A model generated the notes under the pieces. The model was given only the letters and a program-made list of their open reading frames with translations. It searched no databases and was not told the DNA's origin. Below are positions 29,290-42,770 of a stretch of 64,000 nt of DNA, one piece after another; within the stretch, counting starts at the first letter, position 1, and the number at the start of each line of letters is the position of its first letter. This DNA comes from Nitrosopumilaceae archaeon. Lineage in GTDB: Archaea > Thermoproteota > Nitrososphaeria > Nitrososphaerales > Nitrosopumilaceae. The translations under genes and the position numbers were made by a program. Location: assembly GCA_965207375.1 (NCBI GenBank), contig CBDBMG010000003.1, positions 544,001-608,000 on the forward strand, read 5' to 3'.

Positions 29290-29720
29290 TTTACTGCACT
29301 CATCTGGATCCATCTGGATCAAACAATCTTCACTGCACTCATCTGGATCCATCTGGATCAAACAATCTTCACTGCACTCATCTGGATCCATCTGGATCAA
29401 AAAATCTTCTACGTGGATGGGAAGGAGTCAAGACACGTATAAACATTTCTGGATCAAAAAATTCTTCACTGCACTCATCTGGATCCATCTGGATCAAACA
29501 ATCTTCACTGCACTCATCTGGATCCATCTGGATCAAACAATCTTCACTGCACTCATCTGGATCCATCTGGATCAAACAATCTTCACTGCACTTATCTGGA
29601 TCCATCTGGATCAAACAATCTTCTACGTGGATGGGAAGGAGTCAAGACACGTATAAACATTTCTGGATCAAAAAATTCTTCACTGCATTCATCTGGATCC
29701 ATCTGGATCAAAAAAATCTT
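29290..29720. repeat. Minisatellite with a ~39-bp unit
   Basis: Repeated CTTCACTGCACTCATCTGGATCCATCTGGATCAAACAAT. Confidence 0.95.
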
Positions 29721-32074
29721 CATAATTATTATTTAGCAGCTTTCAGATACTCACCAAAGATATCTTCTTCAATTATCAGCTGGACCAAGATATTTAGCTA
29801 AATAGATAGCATTCTTTGTCACTTTCAGCCACTGCAGTATTGTGGTCATCTTCTCATCTTCATGTTGGCAATCAGCATACAATGCTGTAAAGTAGGAGTT
29901 ACTGTGACAGCATTTTCATCTTATCCTCTTTTTGTCAGTTCTTCAGCAACTCGTCTACTTACAGCATTGTGATCTAAATCATGTAATCCTCTCTCCCTTG
30001 GCTTGGCTTCTGCAATAGCTTTCAGCAACTCGTCCACTTATAGCATTGTGATCTCAAAATTATGTAATCCTCTCTCCCTTGGCTTGGCTTCTGCAATAGC
30101 TTTGTCAGTTCTTCAGCGACTGGTCATCATGTGCTATCAACTCGATGCAAACCTTGCATGAACATGTAAATGTTACAGGCTTGGCATTGACTTCAAATAC
30201 TATTACCAACCCCAGGACGGAATTGAGCTAGTGTGTGAACACTGTCTTGTGTTACAATACTTTTATTTATTATAGAACATGTCTAAAATATACTAAATAA
30301 GTTGCGAATTATTGTACAAATATTGTAAATACTAAATATGTAATATTATTATATTGAAATCACATATGCATATTCGGATTACTCGTACTCCGTTCATGTT
30401 AGTATTCTGTTATTGGTAAGGGGGGCGCTTCGTAGTATATGTTCTTGGGGGCCTGTGTCTTAAAACTTGGAGTTGTATCTTCTTCCATTGTGAAGTTACA
30501 GGAGGTTAACATCGCGTCGTTATAACCTGTAGTAAGAACATGAGGATAATAGAAGGTATATAAATGTTAGATTTTATTGTAGGGCTATGTATGGGGAGTA
30601 GTTTAAAGCAAACCACGGAGGAATAGGCGCTTCCCACAGGGATTTACAAGGGCCCGAACGTTGCGTTGCAAAAGGTTGCAAACGCGTTTTAGACAAAAAT
30701 TAATTCCGTTTTTAATGATCATTCATGCTTACGTACCATGCAAGATAATTATACCAAACAACAAGAGGTGAACAGTGGCTACACATTATAAATAGGAGAC
30801 CACTGTCCTGTTAGCATGCACAAAATTTATTTTTAACATTATAATATATCTTCTCCTGTAGATCAATCAACAGTAGTATGGTAGCCTTCATTGAGGTTCT
30901 CAACTGTTCTCCACCTACATAGCTAACAATTATAGTAATACTTTATATGTTCGTTAGCTACTTGGGGGAAATACAAGGGAAACACCTAAAGTATTAACTT
31001 CCAGCTCCTCTCCCTTTTTAAATTTTATTACTCTGCATACTTTAAATAAGGTTTCTTGTCAGGACTTGTTTATAATTGTAATCTGTTTACAAAAAGCAGT
31101 GATATGCTAAACAAAAACAGCCTGACTGTAAAAAAAGTGCGAGGCCAATCAGAAGCCACAATGGCTATAAGCGACCAAAATCTCTGATATCAAGTAAGGC
31201 CAAGAAGTTGAACATTTTATTAAGAATTCTTTTACTTGAATGACATACAATAGTTTACAGGGCATTTTCACAACTATAAGTGGCTTTGTCACTTGGCCAC
31301 CTTTTTGTATTATCATCTTTTATAAGGTGGCCAAGTGACAAAGCCAATCATAGTTGTGAAAATGCCCTGTAAACTATTGTATGTCATTCAAGTAAAAGAA
31401 TTCTTAATAAAATGTTCAACTTCTTGGCCTTACTTGATATCAGAGATTTTGGTCGCTTATAGCCATTGTGGCTTCTGATTGGCCTCTCACTTTTTTTACA
31501 GCCAGGCTGTTTTTGTTTAGCATTTAAATATACTAACATGTTAACAAGTTCAGGTGTCACATGAACATGAACATGTTAACATATTTACACCTGAACATGT
31601 AACATGTTCAGATCCAAATATTCGCTACATACGTAATTAACTATTTGAATGCCAATATTATTCTGAATATTCGAATATTTGTTTGAGCCTTAGTATGTAT
31701 GTATGTATGTATGTATGTATGTATGTATGTATGTATGTATGTATGTATGTATGTATGTATGTATGTATGTATGTATGTATGTATGTATGTATGTATGTAT
31801 GTATGTATGTATGTATGTATATGTGTATGTATGTATGTGTGTATGTATGTATTAGTGGTCTGTGATACAACATTATATATCACTACAGTTAAGCTACTCG
31901 ATATAATAATGTATCACTATACCCTTGTTTGAGTTTTTAATTGCTTTAATGTTGAAAATGTGAGATGATAAGATTGTTGTGATCATTGTGTAGTAGTAAC
32001 TATAGCATTAAAATGAGAATAAAATTAAAACCCACAATCACTTTGTGCAAGTGTGACTATATAAGGATTTTTTT

Positions 32075-32152
32075 AGGAAGTGCATCATTCTGATTTTCGC
32101 TTTTTGGTTTCTTCATAAAATTTTGGGAGATCTCTTCGAAGAAGAAGGCCTA
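32075..32152 (+). ncRNA. Putative Sm-class small RNA gene, type II variant with full upstream motif
   Basis: AAACCCACAATCAC plus TATATAA (32058); TGCATCATTCTGATTTTCGCTTTTTGGTTTCTTCAT; AAAATTTTGGG; TCTTC-GAA-GAAGA hairpin. Confidence 0.5.
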
Positions 32153-32181
32153 AATTCATGTACATACGTATGTATTTCCTT

Positions 32182-34099
32182 TAGGACGCAATAAACTTGG
32201 ATAACCTGAGTTCGAACATTCATTAGTGAAAATTCACGAATCTTTCGAATTTACATGATATACATATCATGAACCACCGTAGGGATCCAACGAAAAATTG
32301 TGAAAACACCCTAATAGAACGCATGCCAAAAACTATCTTTAAAACTTCCTTTGGTGTTGAAAAACCGCCCAAATCTTCTTTCAATACTCCTAAGACTATT
32401 ACTGAAGTATAAAAAGCCTAGCTATATGGTATCTATATTTTTCATGTTGAAAATACCCCCATTTCTTCATCTTCTTCTTCTTCTTTCGCACGTCTACAGT
32501 CTACACAAAGTCGAAACCACCAATAAAAACTACTGGCATTTCTTTAAAATACACCTACTCACGTCTGTGATATTTTAAAAAATTCATTTTCTTAAGGGAT
32601 TGGAAGATATGAACCAAAACTTCCTCCATATAGATCAAGAAGCCATACGAACGCCCGTGGTGCATGTTCGAAAACGACTTCAACATTATGTGACCGATCT
32701 TATTGACGCCATACTATCTGTAATAAGTGATTTTATAACTGAGCAACGTATTTCAGCTATTGATTTCAACCCTTTATTTTCATTGCTAGAAAAATGACTA
32801 AGTCCGCGTCATATATAACACTAAGTTTTCCAAGATAAGCACTTTAATTAGAAAGCACCACGTTGTCTGAGTAGAAGTAGATGTTGACACATTGGATCTA
32901 TCCATTCAAACGAAAGTGCTATTGTGTGCTGTGTTAATTGTTGTATTTTGTATTTAAGTTATTAAACCAGGCGCGTGCATGCTTTTGTCCAGGAAGTAGG
33001 TATGTGTGCCGCGCCGTTGTATGTGTGTGTGTGTCCGCCCCGGAACCACTTACGTGAAATTAAGCCTGAATAGCCAATCAAACAAATCCTACTGCTTTTC
33101 AATTTCTTTGTAAGGTACTTGTTATCGATACTATTGATGGGCGGGGCCTTAGTAACGAAGTGCGTCGTGAGTTACTGCCAAAGCAGAGCAAGGTAACACT
33201 GTATTTGCTGTTCATTACACGGTAAAAGCCGTTTAACCAGCTGTACATTACTAACAAGACGGAGTGCTTCAGTTTTAAAAGTGGGCGTGCCATGTGGCTT
33301 GCGCGAAGCTCATAAAACAAGACTGGCCTATATTGTTACACTGATGCGTGTAAACAGGCCACTAGGGAGGCTTATGAAAGCAACACTGAAAAAAGGAGGC
33401 TGCCAGAAAGGCTTATAATGCTAATAGTAAATATAAATAAAGGATACATAGTTGTTCATACATTTCATATGCAGGTGTCACTGTCCAGCAATGGACATGA
33501 AAAAACTGAAGAAACTAGTAAATTTAAAAAATTGTTAATTTCAAAAAGGAGAATAGGGATCCTGAAAATACTACCTAAATAAGGTGAAGATAGTGAGAGT
33601 TTGTGATTTTATTATATTTGAGATCCCTATTTTGACTGTTGAAATCATATGGCTATGTAGCTGACCATACCACTGTCAAAATAGGGATATCAAATATAAT
33701 AAAATCACAAATTCTCACTATCTTCACCTTGTTTATATAGTTTTTTCAGGATCCCTATTCTCCTTTTTGAAATTAACAATTTTTTAAATTTACTAGTAGT
33801 GTATATAGATTACAGTTAAACTTTACTAGCTTAATCAAAATAGACATCAGCTTAAATCAAAGCAATAAATCATGTGATTAAACTGTGTTTTCTATGAAGA
33901 AATATCATTTAGCTACATTCCTAGTCTCACTAGAAACACTTTCTTCAGATGACATATTCACTAACAATGGAAATTATTGTACTCCTTTCTGCATATTATG
34001 GTTTTTGTATAATTCGAATTACTCAATCCACATTCAAATGTTCATTCATTCGTTCATTCGAACGAACATTCAAATACAGCTAAGTTCATTTGGGCCCTA
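32182..34099. mobile_element. hAT-type MITE containing a nested family C element
   Basis: TAGGACGC...GGGCCCTA ends with 8-bp TSD ATTTCCTT (32174-32181, 34100-34107). Confidence 0.65.
32267..33796 (+). mobile_element. Helitron-like non-autonomous family C (TC...CTAG, ~280-bp terminal palindrome)
   Basis: A|TCATGAACCAC start, palindrome 33514-33797, CTAG|T end. A reverse copy lies at 38922-40494. Confidence 0.75.
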
Positions 34100-34861
34100 A
34101 TTTCCTTACCTTATGGGAACCTTACTTTCAATGTAGTTTCATGTTTCTTCTGTCTCCTACGATACATTTAATGTATTGTAGACTGTTAATATGTATCACA
34201 TATGGTATTTGCATCGGAGAATCAAAGATGTACGTAAAGCATGCTAGCCAAGTCAAAGCAAGTGGCAACTGCACAACAGTAAACAACATTTCCCTCCCAC
34301 CAATCACTAACAGCCCTGAAGATACGTATGTTATGGAGATGTGTAAATGTTGGATACTATTTCCATGTACTGTACGTAATCCCTAAAATACTATTGTATG
34401 TACTTCAGTTGATATAATTTTTTAAAACTGTAATTGCATATTTCACGTTCCAACTCAATCATATGTATTGCAATCGCCATTTAGAAATGCAAAAGGATGC
34501 TTCATACGTATACCAATTAATCATTTTCTAAATTGTTGGTTTTTAGCTACAATGTACTCTTCTCATGCAGATTAAGATTTAGTGATTCATTATATGCATT
34601 AAATGAAATACGTTGTGGTTGACTATGGTTGATTGCACCATTGATTTAAGTTTGAAATTAAGTTTTGATTGATGTATACGTAGTTTAATCTTACAACCCT
34701 TTGAATTATCTGTGCAAAACCTATTGCTCATGTGACATATCCCCCCTCCTCTGACTGTACTTAAGGATTAAATTGAGAGAAAATATTTATTAATTACAAA
34801 ATAGTTAAATTTATACACCCTACTAAGATTTTATACTGTATGATGGTTTGTCAGTTTTAAG

Positions 34862-35188
34862 TAAGGGTCAAACAAATATTTGGACTAATATTAGTTTTGA
34901 ATGCAAAAATAGGCAACCAATTATTCGTTTGCTGTTTTCAGTGGTGTGTTGAACAAATTTAACTAAATTTAATAAGATTTCAAATAACAATTTACAATTT
35001 ATGCTAATTTTAAGGCAGCTTATCATCATTTCAGCAGTACTAAGTGAGGCAGTAGTCATCAGTCAACTTATTTTATCAAAAAATACTGCCATTTTACTGT
35101 CTCTTATATTAAATTGAATATTCGGATTATTTGTTTGAAAACTAAAAGATATTCGAATGCTTTTAAATCACTATTCGTTTGAGTCTTA
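34862..35188. mobile_element. hAT-type MITE
   Basis: TAAGGGTCAAAC / GTTTGAGTCTTA with TSD GTTTTAAG. Absent at the paralogous sites 13205 and 38537. Confidence 0.85.
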
Positions 35189-35560
35189 GTTTTAAGGCAT
35201 TCTTTGGTATGAAACCCATCAGCATCTCCAGTACAGTGCAGTGTATTTTACTTTCATTGTTTTCCTTAAAATACAATTGACTACAGTGTGTATGTATTAC
35301 ATGTTTGTGGTGAGGATAATCATCATTTTATGACATTATACACATAAGTAATACTGTACCATGTTTCATGAGTATCACAACATCACTGCCACTACTGTAT
35401 GTTTGAGTTTTGAACTTTTTAACTGCTTAAATGTTGACAATGTGAGATGATAAGATAGTTGTGATCATTGGGTAGTAACTATAGCATTAAAATGAGAATA
35501 AACTAAAACCCACAATTACTTTATATAAGTAAGACTATATAAGAACCTGTTCAATCTTAA

Positions 35561-35636
35561 CAAATGAAGGATTCCTCAATGATTGCGATTGAATTTAAAA
35601 TTTTTGGAAGGCCTCTTCCTAGAGAAGAAGGCCTAC
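35561..35636 (+). ncRNA. Putative Sm-class small RNA gene, type I copy 3
   Basis: TATATAA at 35536; variable segment TGAAGGATTCCTCAATGATTGCGATTGAATTT (35565-35596); Sm site; identical 3' hairpin. Confidence 0.6.
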
Positions 35637-35858
35637 ATAAGTACAAAGATGAGTAATATTTGTGTATATTTGTGTGACTGGATTTGCTAAAAGCTGGTGT
35701 TGGCATGCACACAATAACCAGGCACACCTTTCACAACTACTTGATAAGTCAATTGTTTGTTTGTACATAGGTACATACATATGTATGTATGTATGTATGT
35801 ATGTATTTACGTATGTATGTGTGTGTGTATGTATGTATGTACGTATGTATGTAGGTAT

Positions 35859-36201
35859 TAGGGCTCAAACGAATAGTATATTTTGATATTCGAATATTTA
35901 ATTTTTCAAACAAATATTCCGAATATTCTTTTACATATATACGTAAGTGGTAAAATGATACTACTTTCAGTTGATTTATGACTCCTACGTATCTCACTCA
36001 TAGTGCCTATAATGAAGGCAAATTACTCAAAAATCTTGATGTTAAACATTGATTATTATGTACAGTGTGCTATCCATTAAACCAAGGTACCCAAAAATTC
36101 TCACTGTAAACAATAAACGAATATTTGGTTGACTATTTTTGAATACAAATAATGGTAAAATGAATATTAATCCGAATATTCAAATATTTGTTTGAGCCTT
36201 A
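35859..36201. mobile_element. hAT-type MITE
   Basis: TAGGGCTCAAAC / GTTTGAGCCTTA TIRs within a (TATG)n tract. Confidence 0.7.
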
Positions 36202-36595
36202 GTATGTAGTATGTACATATGTACAGAAATTTAATTGTATTGTGATTTAAAACACCATCGAGTATGGAGTTATGCTACACGATAATATCACCAATTAGTT
36301 TAAGGATGTTATTTTAGATTAGTAAATTTTTGACAAGCTATAGCTATATTTCTAAATATCATGTATTTACTCAAATTTCAATAAAAAGCTATAAATATAC
36401 TTTAGTGAAAGATATTTCACTTGGTGATGTTGTTTATTTAAATATGATAGGAGGAGTAATGTATGGTACAGCTCAAAGGCAACTTGATGCCCACACGTAG
36501 CATCGATAGCAAGTGCTATACAAAGAAACTGAGAAGCAGTAGGACTTGTTTGATTGGCTATTCTGAATTCATTTTATGTGTATGGCTTTAATAGT

Positions 36596-36693
<98 letters not shown>

Positions 36694-36990
36694 GCATACC
36701 AACTTCCTGAACAAAAGAAATTTATAGAAACCAGGTGCATATCTTGTTTGCCTAAGAGTAATGCTATCGTATTGTATAGCCACGTATGTATATTATACTG
36801 TAGATACACCTGTACCAGTATAGTGACATCACTGCCGTTACTGTATGTTTGATTTTAACTGTTGATAATGTGAGGCGATAAGATAGTTGTGATCATTGTG
36901 TAGTAACTACAGCATGAAAAATGAGAATAAACTAAAACCCACAATCACTTTGTATAAGTAAGACTATATAAAGACCTGTTAAATCTTTAT

Positions 36991-37073
36991 AAAGTTAACT
37001 CTTTACTAAGTGCTAAGACCATATAATTCCTAAAAAATTTTTGGAAGGCCTCTTCCTAGAGAAGAAGGCCTAC
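36991..37073 (+). ncRNA. Putative Sm-class small RNA gene, type I copy 4
   Basis: TATATAA at 36965; variable segment TTAACTCTTTACTAAGTGCTAAGACCATATAATTCCT (36995-37031); Sm site; identical 3' hairpin. Confidence 0.6.
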
Positions 37074-37274
37074 ATAAGTACAAAGATGAGTAATATTTAT
37101 GTATATTTGTGTAACTGGATTTGCGTAAAACTGGTGTTGACACACACACAATAACCAGACACACCTTTCACCACTACTGATAGGTCAATTGTATATATTA
37201 TTTGTTTGTTTGTACGTAGGCACGTACGTACGTATGTATGTATGTAATACTATATAAAGATTTGCTAAATTTTA

Positions 37275-37346
37275 AGGAAATGCAATTCCTATTTTCTGTT
37301 TCTTCATAAAATTTTTTGGGAGATCTCTTCGAAGAAGAGGGGCCTA
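37275..37346 (+). ncRNA. Putative Sm-class small RNA gene, type II
   Basis: TATATAA at 37251; pyrimidine-rich segment; AAAATTTTTTGGG; CTCTTC-GAA-GAAGAG hairpin. Confidence 0.45.
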
Positions 37347-38900
37347 AATGCATGTACATACTCCTTATGAGAACCACCAGTTACATAGTTTACTTTCAAT
37401 GTAGTTTCATGTCGCTTCTGTCTCCTAACAATATGTACATCTAATGTAGGTGCATATGTAGACTGGTTATAGCATATAAATTATGGTATTTACATGGGAG
37501 AATCAAAGATGTACGTAAGGCGTGCTAGCCAAGTTAAAGCAAGTGGTAACTGCCCAACAGTAAACAACATTTCCCTCCCAGCAATCACTAACATCCCTGA
37601 AGATACGTATGTTATGGAGATATGTAAATGTTGGATACCATTTTTCCATGTACATACTATACGTAATCCTTAAATTACTACTGTACTTCAGAGGAGGGCT
37701 GACACGACTTGATCAAAAGTATTGCAATTGCTATTTAGAAAGGCAAAAGGATGCTTCATACGTATACCAATTAATCATTCTCTATATTGTTGGTTGTTAG
37801 CTACAATGTAATCTTCTCATGCAGATTAAGGTTTAGTGATTCATTACGTGCATTAAAAGGAAACCATGAGGTTGACTGGAGTTGATTGCACCATTGATTG
37901 AAGCTTAGAATGAACTTTTCAATTGATATATATGTATGTTTAGACCCTTTTGTGATAAATTATCTATACATTTTGGAGTGTTCTAAATCACTTAGACCCT
38001 TTTCATGTTTACTTAGACTCTTTTCATGTTTATAAATTTACAGGTGTTTTGATTAGTTTAAATAATTAGCAATAAACTTTGGCTAAAGGTGAATGTTAAA
38101 AAAGAAATGTTTACCAGGTGATACTATTACTAATGACTGCTACATTTTCCCATTGTTTAGTTGTTACAAGCAGCTGCAAAGGTACAATAACCCAAAAGGG
38201 TCTAAATTAGTTAAACCTCAAAACCTATCAGTCTATGTAATTTATAACCCTCAGGCCCATAGTAGCACCCTCACTTTGCTCAGGCACCACAGCACAGGGC
38301 CTTCGGTTTATAAATTCCGTAGACCCTCCGTTTTGAGGTTTAACCTATATATACGTATATTGTGTAGTTTAATCTTACAACCCTTTGAATTACCTGTGCA
38401 AAACCTTTTGCTCATGTGAACATGTCACCCCTCCTCTGACTGTACTTAAGGATTAAATGGAGATAAAATATTTGTTAATTGCAAAATAATCAAATTTGTA
38501 CCCTGCTAAGATTTTATTCTGTATGATGGTTCATCAGTTTCAAGGCATTCTTTGGTATGCAACCCATCAGCATCACCAGTGCAGTGCAGTTATTTCACTT
38601 TCATTGTTTTCCTTAAAATACAATTGACTATGTATTACATCTTTGTGGTGGGGATAATCATCATTCCATAACATCATACACTTACGTAATACTGTACCAT
38701 GTCTCATGAGTATCACGGCATCACTGCTACTACTGTATGTTTGAGTTTTGAACTGTTTAAGTGCTTAAATGTTAACAATGTGAGATGATAAGATAGTTGT
38801 AATTATTGTGTAGTAACTATAGCATTAAAATGAGAATAAACTAAAACCCACAATCACTTTGTATAAGTAAGACTATATAAGAACCTGTTAAATCTTAACA

Positions 38901-40554
38901 AAAGAGGCACTCTTATTCCTACTAGTAAATATTAAAAAATTGTTAATTTCAAAAAGGAGAATAGGGATCCTGAAAAAACTACCTAAACAAGGTGAAGATA
39001 GTGAGAGTTTGTGATTTTATTATATTTGAGATCCCTATTTTGACAGTAGCTGAGAGTATGATCAACTATATATATCATTTCAACAGTCACAATAGGGATC
39101 TCAAATATAATAAAATCACAAACTCTCACTATCTTCACCTTGTTTAGGTAGTTTTTTCAGGATCCCTATTCTCCTTTTTGAAATTAACAATTTTTTAATA
39201 TTTACTAGTTTCTTTAGTTTTTTCATGTCCATTGCTGGACAGTGACACCTGCATATGAAATGTATGAACAACTATCTTTTACTATTCACGTAATAAATCT
39301 TTCTGACAGCCTCCTTTTTCTTTTCAGGGTTGCTCTCATAAGCCTCCCTAGCGGCCTCTTTACACGCATTAGTGTAACACTATAGGCCAGTCTTGTTTTG
39401 TAAGCTTCGCAACCCGAACGGCACGCCCACTTTTAAAACTGAAGCGCTCCATCTTGTTAGTAATGTACAGCTGGTTAAACGGCTTTTACCGCGCAACGAA
39501 CAGCAAATACCGCGTAACCTTGCTCCTGTTTAGCAGTAACTCACGACGCGGTTCATTACTAAGGCCCCTCCCATCAATAGTATCGATAGCAAGTGCATTA
39601 TAAAGAAACTGAAAAGAAGTATGACTTGTTTAATTGGTTATTCATGCTTTATTTCACGTTAATGGCTTTAATAGCCCGAGGAGCGGACACACACAGACGC
39701 GCGCACACAAAACATATTCCAGGACAAAAGCACGCGCGGTGGTTAAATATACAACAATTAACACAGCACACAATAGCACTTACCTTAGAATGGATAAATC
39801 CACTGTGTCATTGTCCTCCTTCAACAGTTCTGAACAACACTCAGCTGACAACGTGGCGCTTTCTAATTAAAGCGCCTTATCTAGGAAACCTTAGTGTTAT
39901 ATATGACGCGGAAAATAAAGGACTTAGTTATTTTCCTAGCGATGAAAATAAAGGGTTGAAATCAATAGCTGAAATACGTTGCTCAGTTATAAAATCACTT
40001 ATTACAGATAGTATGGCGTCAATAAGATTGGTCACATAATGTTGAGGTCGTTTTGGCACATGCACCACGGGCGTTCGTATGGCTTCTCGATCTTTATGGA
40101 GGAAGTTTTGGCTCATATCTTCCAATCCCTTTAGAAAACGAACTTTTTAAAATATCACAGACCTGAGTAGGGGCATTTTAAAGATACGCCAGCAGTTTTT
40201 ATTTCTGATTTCAACTTTGTGTGGACTGTAGATGCGCGAAAGAAGAAGAAGAAGAAGAAGAAAGAAGAAGAAGATGGAGAAATTGGGGTATTTTCAAAAA
40301 CATGAAAAATATAGATACCATATAGCTAGGCTTTTTATACTTCGGTAATAGTCTTAGAAGTATTGAAAGAGGATCTGGGCGGTTTTTTCAACAGCATAGG
40401 AAGCTTTAAAGATGGTTTTTGGCGTACGTTCTATTAGAGTGTTTACACAATTTTTCGTTGGATCCCTATCATGAACCACTACCGTGGTTCATGATATGTT
40501 ACTATATGTTACTAAAAATTTTTGGAAGGCCTCTTCCTAGAGAAGAAGGCCTAC
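38901..40554 (+). pseudogene. Type I small RNA cassette copy 5, disrupted by a family C insertion
   Basis: TATATAA at 38874; variable segment AGGCACTCTTATTCCTA|TATGTTACTATATGTTACT split by 38922-40494; Sm site at 40514 and hairpin intact. Confidence 0.55.
38922..40494 (-). mobile_element. Helitron-like family C copy
   Basis: Reverse complement of 32267-33796; 5' hairpin TCATGAACCACGGTAGTGGTTCATGA; palindrome 38921-39209; inserted at A|T. Confidence 0.8.
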
Positions 40555-40758
40555 ATAAGTACAAATATGAGTAATATTTATGTATATTTGTGTAACTGGA
40601 TTTGCCAAAAGATGATGTTGACATACACACAATAACCAAACACATCTTTCACCACTACTTGATAAGTCAGTTGTATATTATTTGTTTGTTGGTACGTAGG
40701 GATGTACATATGTTTGTATGTATGTATGTAATACTATATAAGGAATTGGTAAATTTTA

Positions 40759-40830
40759 AGGAAATGCAATTCCCATTTTCTGTTTCTTCATAAAAAATTT
40801 TGGGAGATCTCTTCGAAGAAGAGGGGCCTA
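40759..40830 (+). ncRNA. Putative Sm-class small RNA gene, type II
   Basis: TATATAA at 40735; same 5' segment as 15077; AAAAAATTTTGGG; CTCTTC-GAA-GAAGAG hairpin. Confidence 0.45.
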
Positions 40831-42513
40831 AATTCATGTGCATACATCTTATGACAACCACTAGTTACATAGTTTACTTTCAATGTAGTTTCATGTTTCT
40901 TCTGTCTCCTAACAATACATACATCTAATGTAGGTACATATGTAGACTGGTAAAAGCATATATGGTATTTGCATGGGAAAATCAAAGATGTACGTAAAGC
41001 ATGCTAGCCAAGTCAGAGCAAGTGGCAACTGCACAACAGTAAACAACATTTCCCTCCCACCAATCACTAACAGCCCTGAAGATACGTATGTTATGAAGAT
41101 GTGTAAATGTTGGATACTATTTCCATACTTCAGTTGACACAATATAATTCTGTAATTGCATACGTATTTCACGTTACAACTCAATCAAATATATTGCAAT
41201 CGCCATTTAGAAAGGCAAAAGGATGCTTTTTGGAAGACCGACTGGGTTAACAGGGAACTTCAGTGGCAAGTTTAACCCATGTTGGAAAGATAAATGGGTC
41301 CATCATATAGCCCATTCCACAACCAAGAGGTGAAATTTTCCCTTGAAGTCGCTGTTAACAAGCTAACTGCTAGTGGTCGGGAGTAAGGAGAACAGAAGCA
41401 TGCCAGCAGCGGCTATGAATTTCTATCGAAGTAAAGCAGAGGGGACTAGCTTACATAGCTCATTCAATTCTTACAAGTATTATGTCTTGTTACAAAGAAT
41501 AATTAGTGGATGTAATACATTTTAACATAACATATAGGAACAGAAACATACTTTTTGCCGGAAACGACTCACAAAAAGAACAAAAATAGTTCGATTTCTT
41601 CTCACATTGCTAATAGTACTTGCTTTAACAACTTGTGCACGCTTGACACAAACAAACTTAATAAAAACAAACGTTTAGATTCACTAGTAACCTGCTCTTG
41701 CTCGTCATAAAATGATATTTTGAAGATAACCAGGGTAGGTACTAGGCAAAACACGCATTGGTTTCTACAGACTCACGTTTTTACATAGAAACGTATTAGC
41801 TCGTGTGATCCGTTTCCAATCCTATTAAGTGTAATATATCTATGATTCTTACTATATAGAATTAATATACCAACATTGAAGTAAATAGGTGCTTCCATTC
41901 CTGAGTATCAGCCATTGCGAGTTTTATAGCGCTCGTTTTGCAACAACACACGACGAACCATCTGCCCCACCCATTTTTACTCGTTAATTAGAGAATTATT
42001 ATCTTCATTTAATGTAGAATCAGTAACCTGAATTTCATCAAAATTGGACCAGCAAGTCTTCTGATAAAGTCCTCCTTTCAGTAAAAAATTTTTATGCGAC
42101 AGTTGTTTTTTTTTCTTCTCCTTTCTTTTATTTTCATGACACACTTTACGAGGACTTGCGTGAACCACAGGAATTTATTTTCAGATTTTCATTTTCTGTA
42201 TCAACTTGTTTGTCTAATAACTCACTCATTCCTTCATTGATTTCAATCGAACGTTTCTCCTACGTATGTATACTGTACAACTCAAGCAATCCTCAGGGTT
42301 AAATAAATACATTGATGTACTGAAGAGAAACTTCTGCACAGCAGGACAAAAGTTGCTATAACTCGGTGAAAAATTAAATCATTTGCACAAAATTTCCGAC
42401 ACACAAACTACATTAATGTCTGAATTCTCACTAAAAGTTTAAAGAAATTGTGACGCATGAGTTTTTCAAACCTAAGCCTTAAACATTTGGTTCATATTAT
42501 TATGTGCAATATA

Positions 42514-42770
42514 ATATGTGACCCGGCATGAGAAAACCTGACTTATGTACACAAAATACACCTATTTATATTATAGTATGTATCTCCCTCACTGTTTAGT
42601 ATTTTTGAATTCTATAAGCTGCATGAGATTCCCTATGAAACCTCGCATAAATGGTGTAAATTTCATTAGACTCTAATGATTACTTATAAAGATGTTTAAG
42701 TTTGAAATCCAAATTTTTGGTCAAATTTTATGTGCACATAAACCCTGTTTTCTTATGCCGGGTCACATAT
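42514..42770. mobile_element. TIR MITE
   Basis: ATATGTGACCCGGCATGAGAAAAC / GTTTTCTTATGCCGGGTCACATAT. Confidence 0.75.

Noticed and set aside
29035-29656. ORFs with IQMDPDECSEDCL-type repeats
   Set aside because: They arise from the ~39-bp minisatellite being open in several frames; there is no other coding evidence.
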